A stretch of DNA of 64,000 nt from Eledone cirrhosa (lineage: Eukaryota), in NCBI GenBank assembly GCA_964016885.1, contig OZ024740.1, positions 195,114,001 to 195,178,000 on the forward strand, given 5' to 3'. The notes beneath the pieces are model-generated. The model was not told the DNA's origin and searched no databases. It saw nothing but the letters and a program-made list of their open reading frames with translations. Of this stretch, positions 41,530 through 52,900 are shown in pieces; position 1 is the stretch's first letter; each line of letters starts with the position of its first letter. A program made the position numbers and the translations under genes.

Positions 41530-42358
41530 ATATATATAATTTATATATTATATATATATTATATATATCTTATATATAAATAATTTATATATTATGTTTT
41601 ATATATATACATATATTTCATCATTTCATCAAATATATATATTCTATATATATATAATTTATATATTATATATCTTATATATATATATAATTTATATATT
41701 ATATATTTCATATATATATATATATAATTTATATATATATGTGTGTTTATGTATGCATATATCTATGTACATTTATATGTATGGCTATGTATTATAGTTT
41801 AGATTAGAACGCTTCAACAGGCAAACTTTGATGTTACTCTCAAATTTCTAAACATAAATATTTAATTTTACTTAACATATTGTATGGTAATGAAACATGG
41901 TATTCGATGCAAAACCAAAACAGAAATGAGCTTAGAATGCTCCACAGGATGTGTAATGTTAATGTGTAAAACAAGTGTCAAAGCACAAATGAGCTGAGAG
42001 AAAAAATGAACATAAGTGAAATCTGATGTAGTGTGAAATGTAAATGAACATGTTACGGACATTTGATGTGCATGAAAGATGATAGTTGGGTAAAAACATT
42101 GCTAAGTAATTGAAATGAAAAGAATGTTTCAGATGAGGAAGACTAAGAAAAACATATGAAAAAGCAGTGAAGGTTGATTTCAGGAAGCTGAATGTCATGA
42201 AAAAGATGACGAAGAACTGCAACAAATGGTGTGACACTTTTCTGGAGAAAACTTGTCCAAGTCTTGCAAGTATGGAAAAATAGATATCAAATTACAGTAC
42301 TGTTGACAATAAACACAAACACACACATTACATATGTGTGTGTGTGTGTGTGTGATGC

Positions 42359-42630
42359 TGAAGGCGCGTGGCTGAGTGGTTAGAGAATTGGATTTGCAAT
42401 CATGAGGTCGTGCTTTTGATTCCCGGACCAGGCAATGCATTATGTCCTTGAGCAAGACACTTTATTTCATGTTCTGCCTGGATTTGCGACCAACAGATAG
42501 AATTAGCAATTAGAAAGACAGATAGAATTAGCAATTAGAAAGACTAATAGAAACCTTGTTTCTTTGGTCCGATTTGACGAGCTCCACTCGTAAAGTGAAT
42601 GAGGTCAGGGATCTTGTCGATCGACTGTCA
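42359..42630 (+). mobile_element. SINE family B with an internal 25-bp tandem duplication
   Basis: tRNA head GAAGGCGCGTGGCTGAGTGGTTAGA; ACAGATAGAATTAGCAATTAGAAAG occurs twice. Confidence 0.7.
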
Positions 42631-42704
42631 ATATATGTGTGTGTATATATATACACACACACACATATACATATATATATATACACACACATATATATAC
42701 ATAC

Positions 42705-42791
<87 letters not shown>

Positions 42792-43058
42792 TACCTAAGG
42801 TTCTATGAACCAGAAGCACCCATTATAAATAAAAATCCTTCTACATAATTTTATATAGGAACCAGATTTGAAGTTACCACCTTAGTAATGGAATAATTTT
42901 GGAAACTCCCTTTAAGTTTCTCATTAACAAATACAGTCATTAAAAATATGGTAATGAAAGGGTTAAAAAGTGAATTGTTGAGCAAAGAATGATAAAAGAT
43001 AGTGGGTTTTTTTTATAACCAGCAAGTAGTTGGTCAATAAAAATAAACACAATAATAT

Positions 43059-43090
<32 letters not shown>

Positions 43091-43319
43091 TAGAAAAAAT
43101 GAGGAAGTTTCGTTTACATGTAAAAGACGTTTGTTGTGTATCCACGCATTTTTCAGAGGTTGGCTGAAGGTCACCCATAGGAGTTAAGGGTCAGATTCCA
43201 CTATCAATCTGCTCTTCACCTATCGGTGACCTTGAGCCAATCTTCTGCGAAACATGCATAACAGGTCGATACACAATAACTATCTTTTACATTTAAACGA
43301 AACTTCCTCATTTTTTCTA
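43091..43319. repeat. ~230-bp imperfect foldback, possibly two inverted retroelement termini
   Basis: TAGAAAAAATGAGGAAGTTTCGTTTA... pairs with ...TAAACGAAACTTCCTCATTTTTTCTA; pairing continues almost to the centre. Confidence 0.8.
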
Positions 43320-43679
43320 GTATATACACTCTGTCTGTGCATAGAGTGCTTGCTTTGGTACCAACACCAGTATTTCATGAACCACCAACACTCTCTCTCT
43401 CTCTCTCCATATATATATATATATATTAGTAAAAGTAGAGGATCGACTGACAGCTCAGCATTTTCAGTTAAATATCCTTCAACAACCCAAAACTGCCGAG
43501 CTCACAGACAACCCTCTACATTTACTAATGTACCACTCTGCATTGAACTTTCTCTTGAGTATTTCTCTAATTTGTGGTCTTCCTGGCCACAGTACTGCAG
43601 ACTATAAAAAATATATATATATATATATATATATTATTCAAAATGTTAATAAATGAAAAATATTCTCATAATCAAAATA

Positions 43680-43746
43680 TATATTTTATTATACATATTT
43701 CAAAGGTACTATGGTGTTTAAGTACTTTTTCATCAGACAAAATATA
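43680..43746 (-). ncRNA. minimal type I hammerhead ribozyme (family H1), intact core
   Basis: Minus strand TATATTTTGT-CTGATGA-AAAAGTACT-(10-nt loop)-AGTACCTTT-GAAA-TATGTA-TA-ATAAAATATA: 10-bp stem I, 8 of 9 bp in stem II, short stem III, AUA cleavage triplet. Confidence 0.75.
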
Positions 43747-43802
43747 TGATTTGATATGTGACATACTGCTACAGTTTTGATTATTCAATTCCAGTATTGG
43801 TA

Positions 43803-43853
<51 letters not shown>

Positions 43854-45061
43854 CTGACAATGAAGGAGTGTTGCTAGAGCTGTGAAATCTTGCATACATT
43901 AATTGCAACTCTTCTTAATAACTGAATTGTTTCTTTCCAGGGACTATATTGAGAGATAAACCTCATTTAGTCATTCTATGAGAGTATCTTGGTCAGCCTA
44001 TGATGTTTTCAGCCAACCCTCATATATCTAGATCTAGAAATATGGTGTTTCTTGTGTGTTAAGATACAGTATTTTATAATGGATATTTGTTGTAGATGCA
44101 TGTTCATACAACATACATGTATGTCTGAAGTTTAGGACTTTAATATTTACACTTGATACCATTGTTCTCACTCACATTATAGTTCCAAGAATATTCCAAT
44201 ATGAGTTTGTTGTTGTTTTTTCATATGCTACAAGTTCTACACACATACACACACATGTATGTATACACAGAACCACACACACATGTATGTATGTGTGTGT
44301 GTCTGTCTCTCAGGTATTTACCTCTTTTACTAATGATATTTTTTTCCATTTACTTTATTAGGAAGTGCATGGAGATAGTGAATGGCCTTATATATATGTA
44401 TTAAATATCAGTTATAAACTACCAGCTCAGAAAAGCATTTAGATTCTCCTCAAAAAAACAAACAAACAATCAAAAAGACCCTATAAAACGAAATTAACAC
44501 AATAAAACAAGCAGTAGTAGTTAATAACAGACATATGAATAATTTAGTAGAGCAAATCATACAACAGTATAAGAACAAATTCAGTGGAATAAATAAAACA
44601 AGACACAAAGGCTAGTGAAAAACAGTGAAATCACAAAGTGTACTGTATGTATGAAGTGCCCCAGGGATATAGAAGATAGATGATGAACCTGTTATTATCA
44701 AGAAGCTCATCAAACAGAGTACAATATGATTTACTACCAGTAGCATGTATTTCTAAGAAGCATGGTAAGCATTCTTATCCTATGACAATTATTATTTATT
44801 TAATTATCTAACCAAGTCTTTTGTTTCTGTTTTTGTTTCACACTTTCATATATAACAAAACTCATTATCATAATACTTTTATAACGACATTAACATTTTG
44901 GAATAATACAGTAAATTAACAATGGGATAAACTTTATTTTATCTGATAGTTTTGTCTTGAAAACTATATATATATTTATATATATATATATATAATATGT
45001 CCCAAGGCTCTGATACCATCAACACTATAAACACAGAGCTGGCATATCTAAGAACTGACTA

Positions 45062-45117
45062 ACTGCCTGATGAGGTCATAGCCATTCAATGGCTATCATC
45101 AAAATATATATAGCAGT
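45062..45117 (+). ncRNA. minimal type I hammerhead motif with a G12A core mutation
   Basis: ACTGC-CTGATGA-GGTCATAGCCAT-TCA-ATGGCTATCATC-AAAA(for GAAA)-TATATA-TA-GCAGT; (TA)n follows about 45 nt later. Confidence 0.6.
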
Positions 45118-45289
45118 AAATAAAGGATTATGAGTTCATGCAATTGACTTATGTTTCGTCTCATATATATATAGGAACAAGTATGACCCCGACGGCAAAG
45201 CTCAAGCCGTTTCGACAGCTATTTCTGGACTGTATTGAGTACTTTGGTGCGTTATGGTCCATCTGGTTCCTTACCACAATATATATATA

Positions 45290-46197
45290 GGAGGGAAGCA
45301 GAGGATGTTTTGCAACGTGAGGACCAGAAACAGGAGGTGTTCAAGATTGCGAGGCAGTGTGTCAGAGAGAGTTGTGATGTCATTGGAGAGAAGTGTATCC
45401 GGAATGATAAAGGTGAGCTTGCCCTCACAAGTGCTGAGAAGAAAGATGCATGGAAGAGCCATTATGATAGATTACTAAATGAGGAGAATGCATGGGAAGA
45501 TGAGACCCTACCCCAAGTAGACCCTAGAGAGGGGCCAGCAGTACAAGTCAGCAGCAGCGTAGTAAGTAAGGCAACCAGAGATATGAAGATGGGGAAGGCA
45601 ACCGGTCCATTGAGTATAGCTGCCGAGATGCTGAATGCATCTGGGTCTGTAGGTGACACTATAACCACAGGTATTGTTAACCAGGTAATACTAGAAGGTA
45701 TCATACCAAAAGATTGGTGCAGTAGTATCATTGTCAACTGCTACAAAGGTAAAGGTGATGCACTAGATAGAGGAAACTATAGAGGTATAAAGCTGATGGA
45801 CCAGGTCATGAAAGTAACAGAAAGAGTTATAGCACAGTTGATTAGGGACCAGGTGAAATTAGATGAGATGCAATTTGGGTTTGTACCAGGAAGAGGCCCC
45901 ACTGATGCCCTCTTCCTTGTGAGGCAGTTACAGGAAAAGTACCTAACTAAAAGTAAGCCACTCTACCTAGCATTCGTCAATCTCAAGAAAGCCTTTGACA
46001 GAGTTCCACGTGCTATAATCTGGTGGGCTCTTAGAAAACTAGGAGTAGATGAATGGCTTGTGAAAGCTGTACAAGCCATGTATAGGTGAGCAGTCAGCAA
46101 AGTTAGGATTAGCAATGAATATAGCGAGGAATTTAGTGTACAGGTTGGTGTCCACCAGGGCTCTGTTCTTAGCCCTCTCCTGTTCATCATAGTCCTG
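45290..46197 (+). pseudogene. RTE-clade LINE reverse transcriptase fragment
   Basis: MKMGKATGP..IAAEML, IPKDW..SIIVNCYKGKGDALDRGNYRGIKL, QFGFVPGRGPTDALF..RQLQEK, AFVNLKKAFDRVPR; after a frameshift, GVHQGSVLSPLLFIIVL. Truncated before the YADD motif. Confidence 0.92.
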
Positions 46198-46274
46198 CAG
46201 GACTATGATGAACAGGAGGGGGCTAAGAACAGAGCCCTGGTGGACCCCAACCTGTACGCTAAATTCCTCTATAT
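46119..46274. repeat. loopless inverted duplication (palindrome) of the RTE fragment end
   Basis: Centred on CCTGCAGG (46194-46201); arms of ~78 bp differ at a few positions. Confidence 0.9.
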
Positions 46275-46412
46275 GTTTATATATCTATATAGAACCTTTA
46301 ATCTAACATTAATCATATCATAAATGAATAAAAAATTATTATAAGGTTTTATAATCTGTTACATTTTACGCACTCAGTTGATAAGAGACTTCAAAACTTA
46401 GAACCTATTTAA

Positions 46413-47219
46413 TTAGGGTTTTTTCCTGACTTTTTGCGAGGCTTGGAATGTAGATGAAGCTTTATGAAGGCAATTTGAGAGTAATTCACTTTTTTTGTTA
46501 ATTAAATTTTCATAGTTAGTAATTATTAATAGGGTCTCCATAGTACAAAGATTGCAGTTAGGTGATATTGAAGAATTCAAGTAGATTCGACTATTGCACA
46601 GCTTCGACCAAGAAATCGAGTATTTTAAATTTTTGTCTTTTAACGACCATATAAGTTGTGATAAAGAAGTTGAAGATTTCCTATTAGGATTCGAAAAAGA
46701 ACATTTGTGATTCGAAAATCTTAATTTAAATGTCGATGAAGTTGCACCAATATAGTTGTATGTGATGTTATTTGCTTTTACGGTGCATTTATAGACCAGA
46801 TTGCTATCCAGACAATTATTTTGCAGAGGGCAATTTGAGCTATTTCTACAATTACATTTTGATTTATTGTTATTACTATAAATCGGACAATTGACATTAA
46901 CATTGTTAGTACTTTGAAGTGTTCTATTGATTGTGCTTAGATTAATGTTATTGTTATTCCTAGTATTAATATTGCTAGTGTTATTATATTCATTATCGTT
47001 AATTGTTTGTTGATTATGATTTAGAATTCTACTATTTATTTTTGCGATGTTCTGGGCCATATTGATAGTTGTAGAATAAGAAAGCTTAATTGTATGTCTG
47101 TTAAATATGGAACGGTATTTGTGTTGAATGGGGAAGAATTTATCTAAAGCTTTAAAGAATAGATTTGCGAGTGGTGTTTTTATTGCTATAGAAGCTGGGG
47201 AGGGGTGGGGGCAAACCAT
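46413..47219 (-). pseudogene. PLE linker and GIY-YIG endonuclease
   Basis: IFNRHTIKLSYS, Asn-rich linker, CNCRNSSNCPLQNNC, NLVYKCTV..YIGATSSTFKLRFSNH, CNLCTMETLLI, INKKSELLSNCLH. Confidence 0.9.
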
Positions 47220-47380
47220 ATAACTGATTTAGTTCTGATTTTTTTCACTGATTTATTCACGGCATTGGTGTTTGTATTATAATTTTTAGAATCTCATTTA
47301 TATATTTTAGTCTTATTTTTATCAGGATTATAATTCAAATTATTATTATCTATATATTCAATATTATTTTTATAACCTGC

Positions 47381-47514
47381 ATAGTTACGTCCCTTTACGA
47401 TCTGAGTTCAAATCCCGCCGAGGTTGACTTTGCCTTTCATCCTTACGGGGTCGATAAAATAAAGTACCAGTAATGCACTGGGTAATTGCTGGCCTTGTGC
47501 CTAAAGTAGAAACA
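47381..47514 (+). mobile_element. 5'-truncated family M SINE inserted in the PLE, with an 18-bp target-site duplication
   Basis: ATTATTTTTATAACCTGC at both 47363-47380 and 47515-47532. Confidence 0.9.
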
Positions 47515-47532
47515 ATTATTTTTATAACCTGC

Positions 47533-48201
47533 TTTCGTAGCGCGTCATTATAATATCCTGCTTTTTCATCAAATGTGGATTTATTAGCGGATATTCTAGT
47601 TATGCGTTTCTGTACACTATTGACTATTACATTTTTCACAGATTTAGGGTGATTAGAGTAATAGCTAATGTAATTTAAGTTCTCATTGGGCTTATGGAAA
47701 AGGTAATAAAAACCTGAGTTTAAGTTAAGGGTAACGTCAAGGAAATTAACTATTTTGGTACTACTTTCAACTTCTAATTTAAGGTCGTAATTTTTAAAGA
47801 ATTCAATTATAGTTTTCTTAACCCCATTTATTGCTATGTTTGACAACCGTAAATAAAATATCGTCCCTATATAAACCACAGGTAATCTCCGGCAGTTTTC
47901 TATTTACCATATTTAAGATAAAAATCCCCAGAAGATCGGTGACCTGCGCTGAGTCTGATGATCCCATGGTGATGTCAAAGTTTCTATTCCTATCTGAACG
48001 GGTCCAATACTCATTGTTGTAATTAATTAGAGTTCTTCTAGCAGTTAATATGATATTGATTTCATCCGCAGTTAGATCTGTATGTTTGTAAGCATAAGAC
48101 AAAGCCTTATTTAATAGGTTAGGTGTAATAGAAGAATAATAGCTTGCTATGTCCATTTGGATGAATTTGTGATTTTTCTTATTATCTATATTTCCTTCCA
48201 T
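47533..48201 (-). pseudogene. PLE reverse transcriptase core and thumb (frameshifted)
   Basis: FIQMDIASYYSSI (motif A), TMGSSDSAQVTDLLG (motif B'), GLYRDDIL (motif C), VNFLDVTLNL, HKPNENLNYISYYSNHP. Confidence 0.9.
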
Positions 48202-48896
48202 AAGCTCAATTTAGACTTCAATTTCAGAGTAGGTAGAATTCTATCAATAATATTCTTACTGATTACTCCAATATCCGATTTAGATGGAGCTATCAGTCTA
48301 ACTGGCAGGTCTTCCTCAAAGTTTCTCTTGTGATCCTTAAAATTTATCCTCGGCTGTCTAGGTATAAAAGGCGCGGTTCTTCCTTCAATTCCAAGTTTGG
48401 CTATTAATTTAAATGCATCATTATTGATGTCTATAAGATCTTCGGCCGGGGCTTTTCTATAATTTTTCCGCAGTTCTTTAAAAATTAAATCATTATATTC
48501 AGCTTTATCTATCCCATATAAATTGTTGGTTTTGTCAGACTTCACCAATATTTTATTAACTTTTTTTATATCCAAGATTTTTTCCTTTAGAGTTCTAAGG
48601 TATTGGTGACCTTTATATGGGTTTTTCTTGAATTTAATCCTCTTTAGTATATTAAGCATTTCTGTTTCAAAATCCTCCAGGAGTTTGTTGTATGGAGGAT
48701 TTTTTCTAGATTCAAAGATAGTTTCGAAATAATTGTTGTTGCTTTTCCTTTTAGCTTCTTTATTATCGAAATGAAATGCACGCCATCTCACTCTTCTTAT
48801 AAAAGAGTTTGTTTGCTCTATAAGTTTTGTCATGTATTCTTCATTAGATGGTATTGGTATATCCTTGAGAGATGTTGGGAATGTACAGAATTCCAT
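48186..48896 (-). pseudogene. PLE ORF N-terminal region and RT fingers
   Basis: SLKDIPIPS..FIRRVRWRAFHF, VKSDKTNNLY, FKDHKRNF...PVRLIAPSKSDIGVISK. Confidence 0.85.
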
Positions 48897-49370
48897 TATT
48901 TATTAAATTTGCAATCTATTGTAGAGAAAAGCGCTCAACCTGTATTTATATAGATATATATATTTTTGCATCAACTAATCACACCCTATTCATCCACGAC
49001 AATAATCTCCCTCCCTATGCTTTATACTATAAAAATTATTCCCCCTTGTCTCTCTATCCTTGATCAATTTTTTTTTTGCTTTCTATACTTCTAGTAACTA
49101 TATTTTTTCCTCATCTGTTTCTCTCTGTCTTTCTTCTTTCTTTCTTCTTTTTCTTCTTTCTTCAATAATTTAAATTATTTGAATCTCTAACAGTTATGTA
49201 AATTGCTATTATGTATTTTTAAGCTTTCTCACATGCACCCTCTGTATTATATGTAAATTTTTTCATGTCTCAATCTTAAGGTATATAAATATTGAGTTTT
49301 GTCATATCTTATTCACTACCATGACTGCATCTTAACCATCTACTAAGTCAGGGTATATCATGCATCATCT

Positions 49371-49437
49371 TATTTTATCTGATGAGGACGTACTGTTGAA
49401 GATAGCTCAGTACCTCTGAAATATGTATAATAAAATA
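49371..49437 (+). ncRNA. minimal type I hammerhead ribozyme (family H1), intact core
   Basis: TATTTTAT-CTGATGA-GGACGTACTG-(12-nt loop)-CAGTACCTCT-GAAA-TATGTA-TA-ATAAAATA. Confidence 0.75.
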
Positions 49438-49663
49438 TACTAGATCACATGAATGTCTATTTTTGTTAAATTTTGAATTAATATATATATATATATAATT
49501 AAGGTATACTTTTAGTATAATATACTCGTCTTCTGGCAATGTAAACTTCATTACTTTAGTTCTGTAAATTAATTTGTAACTTTTTCTGTTGCCACTTCCA
49601 TTATTGATCTATATATAAACGATCTATATTGATCTATATATAAACGGATATCTTATGTGAATA

Positions 49664-49819
49664 AAACTCTGATGATACCGATTTTGAGCCTATCTCTCAC
49701 AATTAAAGTATAAAATCATAATGGAACCTTAGATAAAAACTCTTTTTTCTTAAGAAAATTCAAAGATTCCTGATTTTATAATCTCACATCCTCGAGACGG
49801 TTGAAACATGTGTTAGTTT
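49664..49819 (+). ncRNA. type I hammerhead motif with a ~115-nt insertion in stem II
   Basis: AAACT-CTGATGA-T-ACCG-(insert with an internal TATAAAATCA/TGATTTTATA stem)-CGGT-T-GAAA-CATGTG-TT-AGTTT. Confidence 0.55.
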
Positions 49820-49942
49820 CACAGCATATTGACTCTTTCGTATTTCTTATTCTTTATATATATATTTAACTGTTAGTTTTGTTTTGAAAAGGATTATATG
49901 ACTGTGAAACTACTGTCCCCCAAATATACAACAAACCATTCG

Positions 49943-52900
49943 CCATAGGTAAGCTAGAAATAACAGCTAAATAGGGGGAAACTCATAGAGGTCAATAGGT
50001 GTGCTAGAAATAGCAGTTAAATAGGAGCAACCTCGGGGTAGTCAAAATATGTGCTAGAAATAGCAGCTAAATTGGAGGAACTTCATGGTGCTCCATACGT
50101 GTGCTAGAAATAGCTAAATATGGGGAACCTCATGGTGGTCCATAGGTGTGCTAGAAATAGAAGCTAAATAGGGTGAACCCCATGGTGGTCCCTAGGTGCG
50201 CTAAAAATAGCAGCTACATCAGCTAAAAAGGGAAAACCTCATGGTTTAGCAGGTAAATGGGCGTAACCTCATGGTGGTCTATATGTAAGCAAGAAATAGC
50301 AGCTAAATAGGGGTAAGCTCATGGTGGTCCATAGGTGTGCTAGAAATAACAGCTAAATAGGGGGAACCTCATAGTGGTCGATAGGTATGGTAGAAGTAGC
50401 AGCTAAAAAGAGGTAACTCCTGGTGGTACATGTGCTAGAAAGAGCAGCTAAATAAGGGAACACTATCATGATCCATAGATGTGCTAGAAATAGCAGCTAA
50501 ATAGGAGAAAAGCACATGGTGGTTAATAGGTGTTCTAGAAATAGTAGCTAAATGGGGAAACCTCATGGTGGTCCCTAGATGTGTTAGAAATAGCAGCTAA
50601 TTAGGTGTAACCTCATGGCAGTTCATAGAGGTGCCAGAAATAGCAGCAAAATTGGGGAACATCAAGGTGATCCATAAGTGTGCTAGAAATAGCGACTAAA
50701 TATGGGGAAACTCCTCGTGGTCCATAGATGTGCTAGAAATAACAGCAAAATAGGGGAACCTTATGGTAGTGAAAAAAAGTGCTAGAAATAGCAGCTAAAT
50801 AGGGGGAACCTCATGGTGGTCCATAGGTGTGCTAGAAATAGCATCTAAATAGACAGGAGCATCATGGGAGAGCAAGAAATAGCAGCTAAATAGGGGGAAA
50901 CACATTGTGATCAATAAGTGGGTGAAATAGCAGCAAAATAAGAGAAATCTCATGGTGCTCCATAGGTGTGCTAGAAATAGCAGCTAAATATGGGAAACCT
51001 CATGGTGGTCCATAGGTGTGCTAGAGATAGCAGCTAAATAGGGTGAACCACATGGTGGTCTCTAGGTGCACTAGAAATAGCATTTACATCGGCTAAAAAG
51101 GGAAAACCTGGTGGTGGTCCCTGTGTGTGCTAGAAATAGCAGCTAAATAGAGGGAACCTCATAGTGGTCCATAGGTATGGTAGAAATAGCAGATAAATAG
51201 GGGAACACCATAATGATCCATAGGTGTGCTAAAAATAGCAGCTAAATAGAGAAGAACCTCATAGTGGTCCATAGATGCGCTAGAAATAGCAGCTAAATAG
51301 GGAGAAAGCACATGGTGGTTAAATAGTTGTGCTAGAAATAGCAGCTAAGCTGGGGGAACCTCAAGGTGGTCCATAAGTGTGCTAGAATTAGCGGCTAAAT
51401 ATGGGGAAACTCATTGTGGTCCATAGGTGTGCTAGAAATAGCAGCAAAATAGGGTGAACCTCATGATGGTCCCCATGTGTGCTAGAAATAGTAGCTACAT
51501 CGTCTAAACAGGGAAAACTTCATGGTGGTCGATGGATGTGCTAGAAATAGCAGCCAAATAGGGGAATTCTTGGTGGTCCATAGGTATGGGAGAAATAGCA
51601 ACTAAAAGGAAAACCATGGAGGTCCATAGGTGTGCTAGAAAGCAGCTAAATAGGGGAACCCTATGGTGATCCCTAAGTATGCTAGAAATAGCAGCTGCAT
51701 CGGCTAAAAAGGGAAAACCTCGTGGTGGTCCGTGGGTGTGCTAGAAATAGCAGCTAAATAGGGGGAACCTCATAGTGGTCCATAGGTATGGTAGAAATAG
51801 CAGTTAAAAAGAGGTAACTCATGGTGGTATATAAAGTGCTAGAAAATAGCAGCTAAATAAAGAGGAACCTCAGAGTGGTCCATAGATGTTCTAGAAATAG
51901 CAGCTAAATTGGAGAAACCTCGTGGCAGTTCATAGAGGTGCAACAAATAGCAGCTAAATTGGGGGAATCTCAAGGTGGTCCATAAGTATGCTAGAAATAG
52001 CGGCTAAATATGGGGGAACTCATCGTGGTCCATTGGTGAGCTAGAAATAGCAGCAAAATAGGGTGAACCTCATGATGGTCCCTATGTGTGCTAGAAATAG
52101 TAGCTACATCGTCTAAACGGAAAATATGAGAGAACCACATGGTGGTCCATTAATGTGCTAGAAATAGCAGCTAAATCGGATAAACGGAAAACCACATGGT
52201 GGTCCATAGGTGTGCTCGAAATAGCAGCTAAATATTGGGACCCTCGTGGCGGTCCATCAGTGTGCTAATTATAGCAGCTAAATAGGGGGTATATCATGGT
52301 GGTCCATTGGTGTGCCAGAAATAGCAGCTAATTAGGGGTTACATCATGGTGGTCCATCAGTGTGCAAGTAAAAGCAGCTAAATAGGGGAAACCTCATAGT
52401 GATCCATAGGTGTGCTAGAAATAGCAACTAAATAGGGAAAACATCATGGTGGTCTATAGGTGTGCTAGAAATAGCAGCTAAATAAGGGGAACCTCATGAT
52501 GGTCAAAATATGTGCTAGAAATAGCAGTTAAATAAGAAGAAAACTCATAGTTGTCAATTGGAATGCAAGAAACAGCAACTAAATAGGAGGAACCTCATAG
52601 TGGTCCAAAGGGTTACTAAAAGTAGCAGCTACATCAGCTAAACAGGAAGAGCCTCATAGTGATCCATAGGCGTGCTAGAAATAGCAGCTAAATAGGGGGA
52701 GCCTCATGGTAGTCCAAAGGTGTGCTAGAAAAAACAACTGCATCACCTAAACATGGGAACCTAATGGTGGACAATAGGTGCGCTGGAAATAGCAGCTAAA
52801 TAAGGAGGACCACGTGGTGGTCCATAGTAGTATCGGAAATAGCAGCTGAACAGGCGTGACCTCTTGCTGGTCCATAGGTGAGCAAGAAATAGCAGGTAAA

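Larger units (their letters stand above)
46290..48945 (-). mobile_element. Penelope-like retroelement, RT plus C-terminal GIY-YIG endonuclease, decayed
   Basis: Four consecutive minus-strand ORF pieces with PLE RT and endonuclease motifs; TA-rich sequence at both ends; frameshifts and a SINE insertion. Confidence 0.9.

Noticed and set aside
45174-45280. Hammerhead on the minus strand (ACAG..CTGTC-GAAA-CGGC)
   Set aside because: No CUGANGA half is present.
46350-46385. Hammerhead at the PLE 3' end (minus-strand CTGAGTGCGTAAAATG)
   Set aside because: The core does not fit CUGANGA/GAAA and there is no stem II.
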